A stretch of 64,000 nucleotides of DNA from Candidatus Latescibacterota bacterium (GCA_964291625.2 OZ220090.1:960001-1024000); one strand, 5' to 3'; numbered from the stretch's first letter, positions 1 through 10,465 are shown. Program-made: numbers and translations. Notes: generated from the sequence alone by a model not told the origin.

Positions 1-727
1 CATCGGAAGTCGGAAATCGCCGGAAGCAGCGACTTGGATCGACCACGACCTCGTGCGTCGTTCGGCCCCACCGGAGCGCCTCCTTGTAGCTCATGACCAG
101 ACGGTTCAAGGGACCGTCCAGCGTCGGCCACAGATCAGAGCCCGAGAAATCGAGATAGACGTCCACTCTCTGCTGCCACGGCGGCAGCCAATCGGCCAAC
201 TCCCACGTCGGTACAAGGTTGTACCCCATATACAGCTCCCGGAGCTTAGTCAGGCCCGACAGCGACCTCATATCCTGGATCTTGTTGACTTCCACGATCA
301 GCACGGCCAAGCGGGTCAGGCCGGACAGCGGGGTCACGTCCTCCACCGAGTTGCCCGCCAGGTCCAGCCAAGTCAGTGCGGTCAGACCCGACAGCGGCGA
401 GAGGTCGGAAACGTCATTGCTGTTGGTCCAGGGATCCCTCGTGACGGCCCCCGGCCCCACGTCCAGCAACGTCAGCCCGGTGGCGTACTCCAGCCCGGTC
501 AGGTCGACGATGCCCAGGTCTCTCGCCTCCAGTTTGGTCAACGCCGCCAGCGCCGCGGCCGTGATCGGAGCCCCTTCCACCAGGCCGAGGCGGTCTTCCA
601 GCACCGCCCGCAGGGCCGCGTCCGGCACCGTCACCTCGGCCGGGGGGTCGTTCTGCGCCCAGGCGCCGGGCAGGCCCAGGTGAATCGAGGCGAACACCAA
701 AGGGAGTAGAATCCGGAAACCGTGCAA
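1..727 (-). CDS. Internalin-like leucine-rich repeat protein, secreted (runs off window end)
   Basis: Manual translation from TTG at 727, with GGAGG upstream: signal peptide ...PGAWAQ, N-cap VTVPDAALRAVLE, then repeats such as DLSPLSGLTALTWLDLAGNSVEDVTPLSGLT. Not in the ORF track because no stop falls in the window. Confidence 0.85.
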   Translation of the reverse strand, partial: MHGFRILLPLVFASIHLGLPGAWAQNDPPAEVTVPDAALRAVLEDRLGLVEGAPITAAALAALTKLEARDLGIVDLTGLEYATGLTLLDVGPGAVTRDPWTNSNDVSDLSPLSGLTALTWLDLAGNSVEDVTPLSGLTRLAVLIVEVNKIQDMRSLSGLTKLRELYMGYNLVPTWELADWLPPWQQRVDVYLDFSGSDLWPTLDGPLNRLVMSYKEALRWGRTTHEVVVDPSRCFRRFPTSD

Positions 728-794
728 GGTCTTTCCTCCGGTAGATGGTTTGCAGGAGTTTCTCGGGGCCGTCACGGCGCGTGACCTCCCCGTG

Positions 795-1989
795 CTACTT
801 GAATCGGTCCTTCACCGCGCCCCAGGATACGCCTTCGAGCAGCGTGGGAGAGAGGGACTCGAACGGAATCACCACTTCGATCCTTCGGACGCCGGCCAGT
901 TCGGACAGGGACGCCAGCAGCGGCAGGGGCACGCAGGCCTGGACATAGTAGTAGCTGACCCAGTAGGGGATGCCGTGGTCCTCCAGGAGGACCGTCACCA
1001 GCTCGACGGCCTCGTACTCCACTATGACCTCCACGTAGATGGAAGGAGCCGGCTTCGACGGATCCCAATCCCCGAAGTCGACGGGGAACTCGTCCTCGAA
1101 AAAGCAGGGCCCTCCCCCGACCCTGCTGGTCACTCTCCCCGCCTCGAGGGCCGCCTCGTACTGCTCGACAAAATGGTTCAGCCGGCCACGGAGCTTGGGA
1201 TACTTGTAAGGGGGGGCATCCGAACCGTATAGCTGGGCCTGCCCGGCCAGGGCGTGAGATCCACGTCCAGGTCGACATACAGCTCGGTCAGGCCGGTCAG
1301 GCCGGCCAGGGGGACACATCCACCACCGAGTTGTGCGCCAGATCCAGCATCAGCAAGCTGGTCAGGCCGGCCAGGGGCGATACATCCGAAATCTCGTTGC
1401 CTCTCAGGTCCAGCCAGGTCAGGCCGGTCAAGCCCGCCAAGGGCGACAAGTCCGAGATCTCGTTGCCTCTCAGGTCCAGCTTGGTCAGGCCGGTCAAGCC
1501 GGCCAAGGGAGATAAATCCGAAATCTCGTTGTCTCTCAGATTCAGCTTGGCCAGGCTGGTCAAGCCCGCCAAGGGAGACAAATCCGAAATCTGGTTGTCC
1601 CAGAGCGACAGAACGTCCAGGCCGCCCAGGCCGGCCAGGGGCGACAAGTCCGCAATCTCGTTGCCATAGAGTGACAGGACCTTCAGGCCGGTCAAGCCGG
1701 ACAAGGGAGCCAGACGCGAAATCGAGTTGCCCAAGAGGATCAGCCGTCTCAGCCCGGTGGCATGCTCCAACCCGGTGAGATCCACAATTCCCTTGTGGCG
1801 CGCATCAAGGACGGTCAGCTCGGCCAGATCAGCCGCCGTGATCGGCTCGCCCGCCACCAGACCGAGGCTGTCCTCCAGCACCGCCCGCAGGGCGGCATCC
1901 GGCACCGTCACCTCGGCCGGGGCGTCGTCCTGCGCCCAGGCGCCGGGCAGGGCCGTCAAGATCGTCAGGAGACAGATGCGGATGCGCAT
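795..1989 (-). CDS. Internalin-like LRR protein with C-terminal domain ending SWGAVKDRFK; split by two 1-nt frameshifts near 1250-1315
   Basis: ORF 1297-1989 has a signal peptide and 22-aa repeats (NEISDLSPLAGLTGLTxLDLRG). Adding one C to each of two C-runs gives ...VSPLAGLTGLTELYVDLDVDLTPLAGQAQLYG..., joining ORF 795-1319. Confidence 0.8.
1310..1740. repeat. 66-bp coding tandem repeats (LRR units)
   Basis: Recurring ggtcaggccggtcaagcc...tccga(a/g)atctcgttg units at a 66-nt period. Confidence 0.85.
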
Positions 1990-2059
1990 GGGATCATCCT
2001 CCCGTGGGCAGGACAGTTGTGGGACCCACTTGCCGGGCCCTTGAATGGTGCAGGATGCG

Positions 2060-2649
2060 TCACAAGCAAGACCATCGCCGCACTCCCCTACCGGATGAGG
2101 TCCAGCTTGCCGACGTGTACTCCTTCGAGTGCAATTCCCGTTTGCCCGGCATCTCGGCCGGCGTCTCCGGCCCGCTGCACGTCGGGGCCCGGTTCACCGG
2201 CTTGGCGGTCTCCGTGTCGGGCTCGCCGTAGCCCTCCCGGTTTTGGCCCGCACCTCGAAGGTGTAGAGGGTGCCGTTGCTCAGACCCGTCAGCGTCGTGT
2301 CCCTGGCGGCGCCCTTGCCGGCGACCCTGTGCCAGTCGCGGCCCGTCCATCCCGACGCGCTGCGGTAGCGGTACCGGTACAGCTTCACCTCGGCCCCGTT
2401 GGGCGCCGCCTCCGTCCAGGTCACCACCTGCCGGTCGCCGGGATCGGCGGCCAGGGTCGCCGGGCCGGGCCCTCCGGCCGGCGCGACCTCTGCCGAGGCG
2501 GCGGCCCCGGCGCCTTCGCCCCACGCGCGCGCCTCCGCCTCTGTCGGTGGGACTCTTGCCCCTTGCATCCCCGGAAACCAGGCCCCGGCCCAGAGGACGC
2601 TCGATACCAGAAACACGGCCGCCAGGAACCACCATCCGCGAGCGCTCAT
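2060..2649 (-). pseudogene. Fibronectin type III domain protein, frameshifted near 2245 and probably truncated
   Basis: Signal-like N-terminus, FN3 pattern (GDRQVVTW...YRYRYR...LTGLSNGTLYTFEVRA). Continues in another frame as NREGYGEP...VNRAP before an early stop. Confidence 0.65.
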
Positions 2650-2984
2650 TGGCCTTTGATCCTTCCCAGGAGTTCCCTTCTATATCAGAAGGGCCAGGGG
2701 GGAGTGTGCCCGAAACCCGCTCCGCCTTGAGAGATTGGAATGGCGCCGCGGGGCTTCAAGCCCCCGGGGGGCCCTGCCCAGGAAGTCGGCCAAGTAGCCA
2801 TGCGCCGGGGGGTCGCTGGTCGATGTGACGCAGTCCCCTTGAATGTACTCCCATCCAAGTGTGAAACCGATGGAAATAAGCCCATTGGTTACGGTATTTT
2901 GATGAAAAAGTGACTTTCTGGAGATTCCACTTGGATAACCAGGCCGCGACCTGTTTCCTCTTTCCCCCTCCTGAGGCGACGACT

Positions 2985-5363
2985 ATGGAACGTGACCACG
3001 AGGTCCTGCGGGAGCGCCTGAGCCGGTTGAGCCAGGCCAGCCTGCGCATCAACGAGAGCCTCGACTACCCCACGGTGCTGCAAGGGGTCCTGGACTCGGC
3101 CCGGTCGCTGACCGGAGCCCGCTACGGGGTGATGACCTTCCTGGACGATTCGGGTTGTCCCCGGGACTTCCTCTCCTCCGGGATGACGGCCGAAGAGGAC
3201 CGGCAGCTCTGGGACGTGCCCGAGGGGGGGCGGCTCTACGAGTATCTCGGCGGCTTTTGCGCCCCCCTCCGGCTGCCGGACCTGCTCGGCCATCTCCGGT
3301 CGCAGGACCTTCCCGAATTGGGGCCGGTCCTGCCGGGGGATCCGGTCCTCGCCTTTCTGGCGGCGCCGGTGCTCCACCGGGGCGAACGGGTCGGCAACCT
3401 CTTCCTGGCCGGCAAGCAAGCAGAGCAAGCCGGCGAAGAGTTCAGCCGGGAAGACGAGGAGACCCTGGTCATGTTCGCCTCCCAGGCGGCCCTGGTGATC
3501 GCCAACGCCCGCCGCTACCGGGACGAGCAGCGGGCCCGGGCCGACCTGGAGACCCTGATCCACACCTCCCCGGTGGGCGTGGTGGTCTTCGACGCGAGGA
3601 CGGGCGCGCCCAGATCGCTGAACCGGGAAGCGAAGAGGATCGTCGAAGGCCTGCGGCCGGCGGACCCGTCGCCGGAGGATCTGCTGAAAGACCTGACCTT
3701 CTGGCGCGGCGACGGGCGGGAGGTCTCCCTGGAAGAGTTCTCCCTGGCCCAGGCCCTGAGCGCCGGGGAGACGGTGCGCGCCGAGGAGATCGTCATGCAG
3801 GTGCCCGGCGGAGAGTCGGTCACCACTCTGGTCAATGCCACGCCCATCCCCTCGGAGGAAGGGGGGATCGACTCCTATGTCGTGACCCTGCAGGACCTGA
3901 CCCCGCTGGAGCAGCAGGAGCGGCTGCGGGCCGAGTTCCTGGCCATGGTCAGCCACGAGCTGCGCGTGCCCCTGACCTCCATCAAGGGGTCGGCGGCCAC
4001 CGTGCTGGACGATCCGTCCGTGGTGAACGCCGCCGGGATGGCCCTCCCGTTCTTCCGCATCATCAACCAGCAGGCCGACCACATGAGCCGGCTGATCGAC
4101 GACCTGCTGGACGTGGCCCGCATTCAGACCGGCACCTTGCGGGTCAATCCCGAGCCGACGTCCGTGGTCGAGCTGGTGGAACAGGCCCGCCACAGCTTCT
4201 CGGGCAGCGAGGCAGCCGACAACCTGCGGATCGAGCTGCCCCCCGATTTGCCCCCCGTGATGGCGGACCCGCAGCGCGTCGTCCAGGTCCTCGGCAACCT
4301 GCTGTCCAACGCCGCCTGCCATGCGCCCCGGGCCACACCCATCCGGCTGTCGGCGGTGAGGGAGCAGGTCCACGTGGCCGTCACGGTTTCCGACCGGGGC
4401 CGGGGGGTGCCGGCCGAGCAGCTGCCCCACCTGTTCCGCAAGTTCCCCCGCCTCGAGGCACCCGACCGGGAGGAGGGCAATGAGGGGTCCGGGCTGGGCC
4501 TGGCCATCTGCCGGGGCCTCGTGGAAGCCCACGGAGGCCGCATCCGGGCGGCCAGCGACGGCGCCGGCCGGGGCACCCGCATCACCTTCACCCTGCCCAT
4601 CGCCGAGGAGACCGGCCTGGCGGCCCTTCCGACTTCCGGCCGACGACGGAAGCGCCGGGGGAAGGAGACCCGGATCCTGGTGGTGGACGACGACCCGCAG
4701 ACCCTGCGCAAGGTGCGCGACGCCCTCTCGAAAGCCGGCTACCTGTCCATCGTGACCGGCGACCCGGAGCAGGTCTCCTCGCTCATGGAGGAGCACCGCC
4801 CCCACCTGGCGCTGCTCGACCTCGTGCTGCCCGGCGCCGACGGCATCGAGATGATGCAGGAGCTCTTCCACAAGGCCCGCGTGCCCGTCATCTTCCTGTC
4901 CGCTCACGACCAGGACGAGGGGATCGCCCGGGCCTTCGACGCGGGGGCGGCCGACTACGTGGTCAAGCCCTTTGCCCCGACCGAGCTGACGGCCCGCATC
5001 CGCGCCGCCCTGCGCCGTCGGGCCGCCCCCGGACGGGACCAGCCCACGGAACCGTCTGTCTTCGGAGAGTTGACTCTCGACTACGCCCGGAGAAGGGTGA
5101 CCCTGGCCGGACGGCGGGTGCCGTTGACGGACACCGAGTACCGGCTGCTGGTGGAGCTGGCCATCGATCTGGGAACCCCGGTGACCTACGAAGACCTGCT
5201 GCAGCAGGTCTGGGGCCTCGAGCCTTCCGCCGACCGCAGGACGTTGCGCTCCACCGTCAAGAGCATCCGCCGGAAGCTGGGAGACGAAGCCCGGAACCCC
5301 ACCTACATCTTCAACGAGTCAAAGGTCGGCTATCGACTGGGAGGCGCCGAGCAGGGGGCCTGA
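2985..5363 (+). CDS. Cytoplasmic hybrid sensor kinase/response regulator (GAF-PAS-HisKA-HATPase-REC-OmpR wHTH)
   Basis: H-box SHELRVPLTSIKG, N-box QVLGNLLSNA, G boxes DRGRG and GSGLGLAI, receiver ILVVDDD...LLDLVLPG...KPF, and a C-terminal OmpR-type wHTH. Likely start MERDHEVL. Confidence 0.92.
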   Translation: MERDHEVLRERLSRLSQASLRINESLDYPTVLQGVLDSARSLTGARYGVMTFLDDSGCPRDFLSSGMTAEEDRQLWDVPEGGRLYEYLGGFCAPLRLPDLLGHLRSQDLPELGPVLPGDPVLAFLAAPVLHRGERVGNLFLAGKQAEQAGEEFSREDEETLVMFASQAALVIANARRYRDEQRARADLETLIHTSPVGVVVFDARTGAPRSLNREAKRIVEGLRPADPSPEDLLKDLTFWRGDGREVSLEEFSLAQALSAGETVRAEEIVMQVPGGESVTTLVNATPIPSEEGGIDSYVVTLQDLTPLEQQERLRAEFLAMVSHELRVPLTSIKGSAATVLDDPSVVNAAGMALPFFRIINQQADHMSRLIDDLLDVARIQTGTLRVNPEPTSVVELVEQARHSFSGSEAADNLRIELPPDLPPVMADPQRVVQVLGNLLSNAACHAPRATPIRLSAVREQVHVAVTVSDRGRGVPAEQLPHLFRKFPRLEAPDREEGNEGSGLGLAICRGLVEAHGGRIRAASDGAGRGTRITFTLPIAEETGLAALPTSGRRRKRRGKETRILVVDDDPQTLRKVRDALSKAGYLSIVTGDPEQVSSLMEEHRPHLALLDLVLPGADGIEMMQELFHKARVPVIFLSAHDQDEGIARAFDAGAADYVVKPFAPTELTARIRAALRRRAAPGRDQPTEPSVFGELTLDYARRRVTLAGRRVPLTDTEYRLLVELAIDLGTPVTYEDLLQQVWGLEPSADRRTLRSTVKSIRRKLGDEARNPTYIFNESKVGYRLGGAEQGA

Positions 5364-5393
5364 GACCGCCGGCCTCCGCTCAGGCGTCTCTGA

Positions 5394-6212
5394 TCAGCCC
5401 GCCAGGCCGGCGGCCACGTCGGCGCTGTCGACGCTCCAGCACCAGAACTTCTCCGCGTACTCCACCACCAGCCGGGTGCCTTCGTCGTGGTCGACGTAGG
5501 GCGGCCGCGCCGGGCTGTACATGGTGTCGGTGAGGTCGCGGATCAAGGCCGTCTCCACGCCCCACTTCGTCATCTGCTTGATCCCGAAGCTCCGGTGGAG
5601 GACGCACATGTTGGTGTGCACGCCGAGGATCAGCATGCGGGTCACGCCGCGGGCCTGCAGGCAGGCGTAGACCACGCGGCCGTCGTCGGAGATCAGGTCC
5701 CGCTCCGGGTCGATGTCGATGCCGGGGTGCTGGCTCGTCCAGGCCTTGTAGGAGTCGTTCTCGGCCACGGTGGTGCCGTTGTCGGCGGCGTCCACCGGCA
5801 GGGGCGGATCGTACTCGGCCGCCTCGCCGCCGGGGGCGAAGAGCTGCCCCACGAGGGAGTCGGGGTCCCGCGCCGCCGGCGGCAGCCCCTCCGGGGGATC
5901 GGCGGGCGTCGCCTCCAGGGCCCGGAGGCGGGCCGGATGCTCCGCGTAGAACTCCATCGTACCCGAGGGCGCGTGGACGATCTGCACCCCGGCCTCCCGG
6001 GCCACCCGCACGGTCTCGTTCATGCGCGGCACCAGCGGCTCCATGCGCTCCCGGGCGCCGCGGCACCAGTGGCTGTCCCAGACGTCGCACAGCAACAGGG
6101 CCGTGGCCGCAGCCGGCCAAGCCGCCTCCTCGGTGACCGTGCGCCACACGCGGTGCCCGCCCTCGTCGAGGGTCAGCCGCTGGCGGCGCAGGTGCAATCG
6201 CAGGTCGCCCAT
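5394..6212 (-). CDS. Isochorismatase/nicotinamidase-like cysteine hydrolase
   Basis: LLLCDVWD and GVHTNMC motifs; ATG at 6212 with an upstream SD-like GGAG. Confidence 0.85.
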   Translation of the reverse strand: MGDLRLHLRRQRLTLDEGGHRVWRTVTEEAAWPAAATALLLCDVWDSHWCRGARERMEPLVPRMNETVRVAREAGVQIVHAPSGTMEFYAEHPARLRALEATPADPPEGLPPAARDPDSLVGQLFAPGGEAAEYDPPLPVDAADNGTTVAENDSYKAWTSQHPGIDIDPERDLISDDGRVVYACLQARGVTRMLILGVHTNMCVLHRSFGIKQMTKWGVETALIRDLTDTMYSPARPPYVDHDEGTRLVVEYAEKFWCWSVDSADVAAGLAG

Positions 6213-6226
6213 CGTTCTCCCCCTGC

Positions 6227-7384
6227 TTAGAACGAGTCCTTCACGTCCATGGTCCGGCCCGGCCCCTCCTTGACCTTCGACGTGGCCACGCGCTCCTGCA
6301 GCTCGTCGTGGTAGAGGTCGGCGTCGACGGGGATGTCGACCCAGCTGTCGGTCCAGGTGGACAGGAGCATGGCGTTGAACAGCTCGACGCTGTGGATGCC
6401 GTCGAGGCCGGGGGCCAGCAGCTCGGTCTCGCCGCCGTCGAGGATCGACTGCACCCAGTTGGCGGTGATCGTGCGGTGCTCGCCGTCGCCGCGGGCGGCC
6501 GGCACCTGGCAGGTCCACACGTCGGGGCTGCCGAAGCCGCCGGGGTACTCCTTGAGGAAGCGGCTCACCGACTGCTCGGTGCGGTGGAAGACGATGCCGC
6601 CGTTCTCGGCGACGATCTTGCCGCGGTCGCCGGTGATCTCGAGGCGGTTGGTGCCCGGGGCGTCGCCGGTGCCGGTGACGAAGACGCCGGTGGCGCCGTT
6701 GGGGTACTCGACGAAGGCGGTCACGTCGTCCTCCACCTCGATCTCGTGGTGCTTGCCGAAGTAGCAGAAGGCGCGCATGCGCGAGGGCATGCCGCAGACC
6801 CACTGCCAGAGGTCGAGGTTGTGGGGGCACTGGTTGGCCAGCACGCCGCCGCCCTCGCCGGCCCAGGTGGCCCGCCAGCCGCCGGAGTCGTAGTAGCTCT
6901 GGGCGCGGAACCAGTCGGTGATGATGTAGTTCGTGCGCTGGATCTCGCCCAACTCGCCGGAGGAGACCAGCTCGTGCAGCTTCCGCGTCTGGCCGCGGGC
7001 CCGCTGGTTGAGCATCAGGGCGAAGACCTTGCCGGACTTCTCGGCGGCGGCGTTCATCTCCTTCACCTGGCGGGTGTAGACCCCCGCCGGCTTCTCGGAC
7101 ATGACGTGGAGGCCGGCCTCGAAGGCGGCCACGGCGATCGGCGGGTGCAGGTAGTGGGGGGTGGCGATGAGCACGGCGTCGATCTCCCCCGACCCGATCA
7201 TCCCCTCGGGAGTGTCGAAGCGCTTCACGTCCCCGAGGGCGCTCTCGGCCCACGTGAGCCGCTCGGGGCTGGCGTCGGCCACCGCCGTCAGGCGCCCCGA
7301 CGGGACCGCCCCCTTCGACAGGTACTCGCAGTGATTGCCCCCCATGCCGCCGATGCCGGCGACGCCGATCCGTACCTCGTCCAT
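6227..7384 (-). CDS. Gfo/Idh/MocA family oxidoreductase
   Basis: GIGGMG Rossmann motif, IATPHYLH, EKP, GGGVLANQCPHNLD. Confidence 0.92.
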   Translation of the reverse strand: MDEVRIGVAGIGGMGGNHCEYLSKGAVPSGRLTAVADASPERLTWAESALGDVKRFDTPEGMIGSGEIDAVLIATPHYLHPPIAVAAFEAGLHVMSEKPAGVYTRQVKEMNAAAEKSGKVFALMLNQRARGQTRKLHELVSSGELGEIQRTNYIITDWFRAQSYYDSGGWRATWAGEGGGVLANQCPHNLDLWQWVCGMPSRMRAFCYFGKHHEIEVEDDVTAFVEYPNGATGVFVTGTGDAPGTNRLEITGDRGKIVAENGGIVFHRTEQSVSRFLKEYPGGFGSPDVWTCQVPAARGDGEHRTITANWVQSILDGGETELLAPGLDGIHSVELFNAMLLSTWTDSWVDIPVDADLYHDELQERVATSKVKEGPGRTMDVKDSF

Positions 7385-7416
7385 CGGTCTCTCTCCTTTG
7401 GTCTCTTCGGTGTGGG

Positions 7417-8307
7417 TCAGCCGGCGGCGGAGCCGAGGCGTTCCGGCGCGCCGACCGGTCGGCCGGAGCGGCAGACGACCGGGAAATGGGGTCCCGCCCC
7501 GGCCATCGGGGCGCCGTCCGGCAGCTCGACGAACTGCTTCATCACGTGGTTGCCGCTGGCGTCGAAACGGGCCTCGCCGGTCATGTAGTGGATGGCGATC
7601 GCCCGCCTTGGACGCCCCGAGGTGTTGTGGGGGGAGCCGTGCCAGGTCAGGGAGTGGTGGAAGGAGATCTCCCCCCGACGCACCGGCCAGGCCCGCGGCC
7701 TCACCCGGGTCACGTCGGTGCCGTCGGGCGGCTCGAAGCCCTCGATGGCCGAGAAGTCGGCCAGGTCTTCCAGGTGGCGCTGGGTGCGCAGGAACCCCAT
7801 CTGGTTGCCCCACCGGTGGCTGCCGGGGACCATCCACATGCAGCCGTTCTCCTCGTCGGCGTCGTCCATGGGGATCCACGCCGAGACCGGGGTCATGGGC
7901 TTGATGATCGGCCACAGGGGCGCGTCCTGGTGCCAGTTGGTGGGGCCCCCCGCCGACGCCGGCTTGTACTGGATCTGGTCGTGCCACACCTGCAGGTCCC
8001 GCTGGCCGGTGAGCTGACTGACCGCCTTGACGACGAAAGGGTGGTAGATCAGCCGCTCGAAGGCCGGATGGGCCTCCCAGATGTTGACGATCTGCCACAC
8101 CGGCGACGGGCTCACGCCGCCGCCGCGGGACTTCATGTCGTGGAACAGCACCGGCCGCGGCCGGCCCTCGGCAAAGCCGTCGGGGCCGATCTCCAGGACC
8201 TCCTCCAGGCCGGCGGTGATCGCCTCGACCTCGCCATCCGGCAGGACCGGTCCGCTATTCAGGAAGCCGTCCTCGTGGAACCGCTGGATCTGTTCGGGAG
8301 TGAGCAT
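7417..8307 (-). CDS. Phytanoyl-CoA dioxygenase (PhyH) family Fe/2OG oxygenase
   Basis: MLTPEQIQRFHEDGF start, WHQD, ENGCMWMVPGSH, WHGS...RRA. Confidence 0.9.
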   Translation of the reverse strand: MLTPEQIQRFHEDGFLNSGPVLPDGEVEAITAGLEEVLEIGPDGFAEGRPRPVLFHDMKSRGGGVSPSPVWQIVNIWEAHPAFERLIYHPFVVKAVSQLTGQRDLQVWHDQIQYKPASAGGPTNWHQDAPLWPIIKPMTPVSAWIPMDDADEENGCMWMVPGSHRWGNQMGFLRTQRHLEDLADFSAIEGFEPPDGTDVTRVRPRAWPVRRGEISFHHSLTWHGSPHNTSGRPRRAIAIHYMTGEARFDASGNHVMKQFVELPDGAPMAGAGPHFPVVCRSGRPVGAPERLGSAAG

Positions 8308-8495
8308 CCGCCTCTTCGCCTCGGGTGGCGGGCAAGTGTACGCGCGCGGGATGGGATCTTCAATCGCCGGGGCCGTCCCTTGAATCCCCCGGTGGCGCGG
8401 CCCTTCCTTCTCCTCGCTCGGGGACCGGAGCCGCGGGGCACCGCGGCCTGGACGGACGCCCCACTCTCTCAACCATTCCCGACGAAAGGCCTCCC

Positions 8496-10442
8496 GTGAC
8501 CGAATCGGACTGGCTCCGCTACCTGTTGCCCCTGCCCCGGCAGGTGAAGATCCCGGGCTCCGTGACCTGCTCTCGGAAGGCGGTCCGGGTGGCCGTCGCG
8601 GGACCCGCCGATGAGGTCCTGGACGAAGCCGCGGCTCTGCTCACCGAGGCGGTGGGCCACCGCTGCGAGGAGGAACCGCAACTGACGATCACCCTCGGCC
8701 GCGTCGCGGATCTCGACGCCGTGGAGGAGGACCGCCTGGCCGATGCCCGCCATCCCGGGCAGGCGTACGTGATCACCTGCCCCTCGGAGGCGGAGATCGT
8801 CGTCGCCGGGGGCTCCAGCGTGGGCGCCCTCTACGGCGCCGTCACCCTGGCCCAGCTGTTCGAGGCGTCGGCCGGGGCCGAGTCGCTCGAGGCGCCCCTC
8901 GCCGAGATCACCGACTGGCCGGAGATCGAGGAGCGCGGCGTCTGGAACTTCCCCGACGAGCAGAGCTGGGTCCCGTGGATGGCCGGCCTCAAGCTCAACT
9001 ACGGGAAGATGGCCGGCACCGGCCTGGGCCGGGTCGAGCGCGGCCGGCCGGTCTCGGCGGAGATCGACGCCGACCTCATGGTCCGGGCGCGGCGCCGGGG
9101 ATTCGCCTATGTCCCCATGATCTCGCACCTGAACTTCCTCCACGACACCGGGATCTACCGGGCGTACCCGGAGCTGGCCGGCCGGGGGGACGCCGCCCTG
9201 GCGGGGCGCTACTTCGCCCACAAGCTCGGCAACCAGCACCGGGCGCCCTGCGCCTCGCAGCCGGTCCTCGTCGACCTGCTGACCGGGTGGATGCTCTCCA
9301 TCTGCGAGCAGGGGGCGGGCGAGATCAGCTGCTGGCTGAGCGAGCGCCCCTGCCAGTGCGAGTGCGAGCGCTGCACCCCCGTGGGCCAGTTCGTGCTGGA
9401 GACCCGTGCTTTCCTCGAAGCCTGGGAGCGCGCCCGCCGGGACTACCCGGGCCTGGTGATCCGCATCTTCTCCTCCACCACCACCCCGGAGCAGGACGAG
9501 CGCGTCCTGGCGGAGATGCCCGGGGAGGTCCGCTTCGAGCGCGCCTGCGCCACGGCCATGGAGCGCTGGCGCAGCCTGCGGCGGGACCGCTTCGCCAACC
9601 CCTGCCTCGACGAGGCCGCCGCCGCCGGCCGCTGGATCGCCAGCTACGACGTGCCCCTGCAGGCCTACGGCAACGTCGACACGCCGGAGTTCAAGGTGCC
9701 CCAGTTCTCGGCCCAGCGGGTGCGGGACTTCGTCGAGCAGCTGGCGCGGCGGGGGTACGCCGGCGCCTACGGCATGATGGCCTGGGGCAACATCACCCGC
9801 GAAACCAGCGGCTTCTCGGTCTCCGCCCTCGCCGAGTACGCCTGGAACCCCGGGGGGCGCACCGTCGGCGAGTTCGCCGAGGCCTGGGCCACCCGCGAGG
9901 GCCTGTCGGACCCGGCCGCCGTCGGCGCCTGGGCGGAACTCCTGGGAGAGGTCGAGTTCGACGTGTACGACTCCGACTTCCCCATGTGCTGGTCGTGGGG
10001 CCACGCCGCGGCCATGGTGGAGGAGGGGCGGGCGCCGCGCTTCGGCGACGGCATGTTCCGCCACTTTTCCGGCGAGGAGGACTTCGAGGCGAAGCTGGAG
10101 AGTTGCCGCAGGGCGGCGGAGCTGGTGAAGGGGCTGGAGCGGGAGGACCTGGCCCTGGCCGCCGAGGTGGTGGGGTCGTACGTGGCGCTGATCCGCGCCG
10201 TGTGGAGGACCGCCCACGAAATGGCCCACGCCGACCGGACCTCGGAGGCCGGTCAGCGCGGGCTCATGAACCGCGTGGAAGAGCTGGAGGAGGCCGGGAA
10301 GGCCAACGTCGAGGCCATCCGGGCCTGGCGCTCACACCTGGGGCCGGAGCCGTGGAACCAGCGCGTCCACGACGCCATCGCCGGCACCCGCGACACGGTG
10401 GAGCGCATCGCCCGCCACGTGCGCGACCGCTACATCTACTGA
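8496..10442 (+). CDS. Protein with GH20 N-terminal (zincin-like) domain; putative glycoside hydrolase
   Basis: LLPLPRQV start, QAYVI...GALYGAVTLAQL...ITDWPEIEERG pattern, Cys cluster CQCECERC. Confidence 0.7.
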   Translation: MTESDWLRYLLPLPRQVKIPGSVTCSRKAVRVAVAGPADEVLDEAAALLTEAVGHRCEEEPQLTITLGRVADLDAVEEDRLADARHPGQAYVITCPSEAEIVVAGGSSVGALYGAVTLAQLFEASAGAESLEAPLAEITDWPEIEERGVWNFPDEQSWVPWMAGLKLNYGKMAGTGLGRVERGRPVSAEIDADLMVRARRRGFAYVPMISHLNFLHDTGIYRAYPELAGRGDAALAGRYFAHKLGNQHRAPCASQPVLVDLLTGWMLSICEQGAGEISCWLSERPCQCECERCTPVGQFVLETRAFLEAWERARRDYPGLVIRIFSSTTTPEQDERVLAEMPGEVRFERACATAMERWRSLRRDRFANPCLDEAAAAGRWIASYDVPLQAYGNVDTPEFKVPQFSAQRVRDFVEQLARRGYAGAYGMMAWGNITRETSGFSVSALAEYAWNPGGRTVGEFAEAWATREGLSDPAAVGAWAELLGEVEFDVYDSDFPMCWSWGHAAAMVEEGRAPRFGDGMFRHFSGEEDFEAKLESCRRAAELVKGLEREDLALAAEVVGSYVALIRAVWRTAHEMAHADRTSEAGQRGLMNRVEELEEAGKANVEAIRAWRSHLGPEPWNQRVHDAIAGTRDTVERIARHVRDRYIY

Positions 10443-10465
10443 GAGCGGCGGCGGCGGACGGCCGG

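Noticed and set aside
1310-1740. Regular repeats resembling a CRISPR array
   Set aside because: 66-bp in-frame LRR coding units with no unique spacers and no cas genes.
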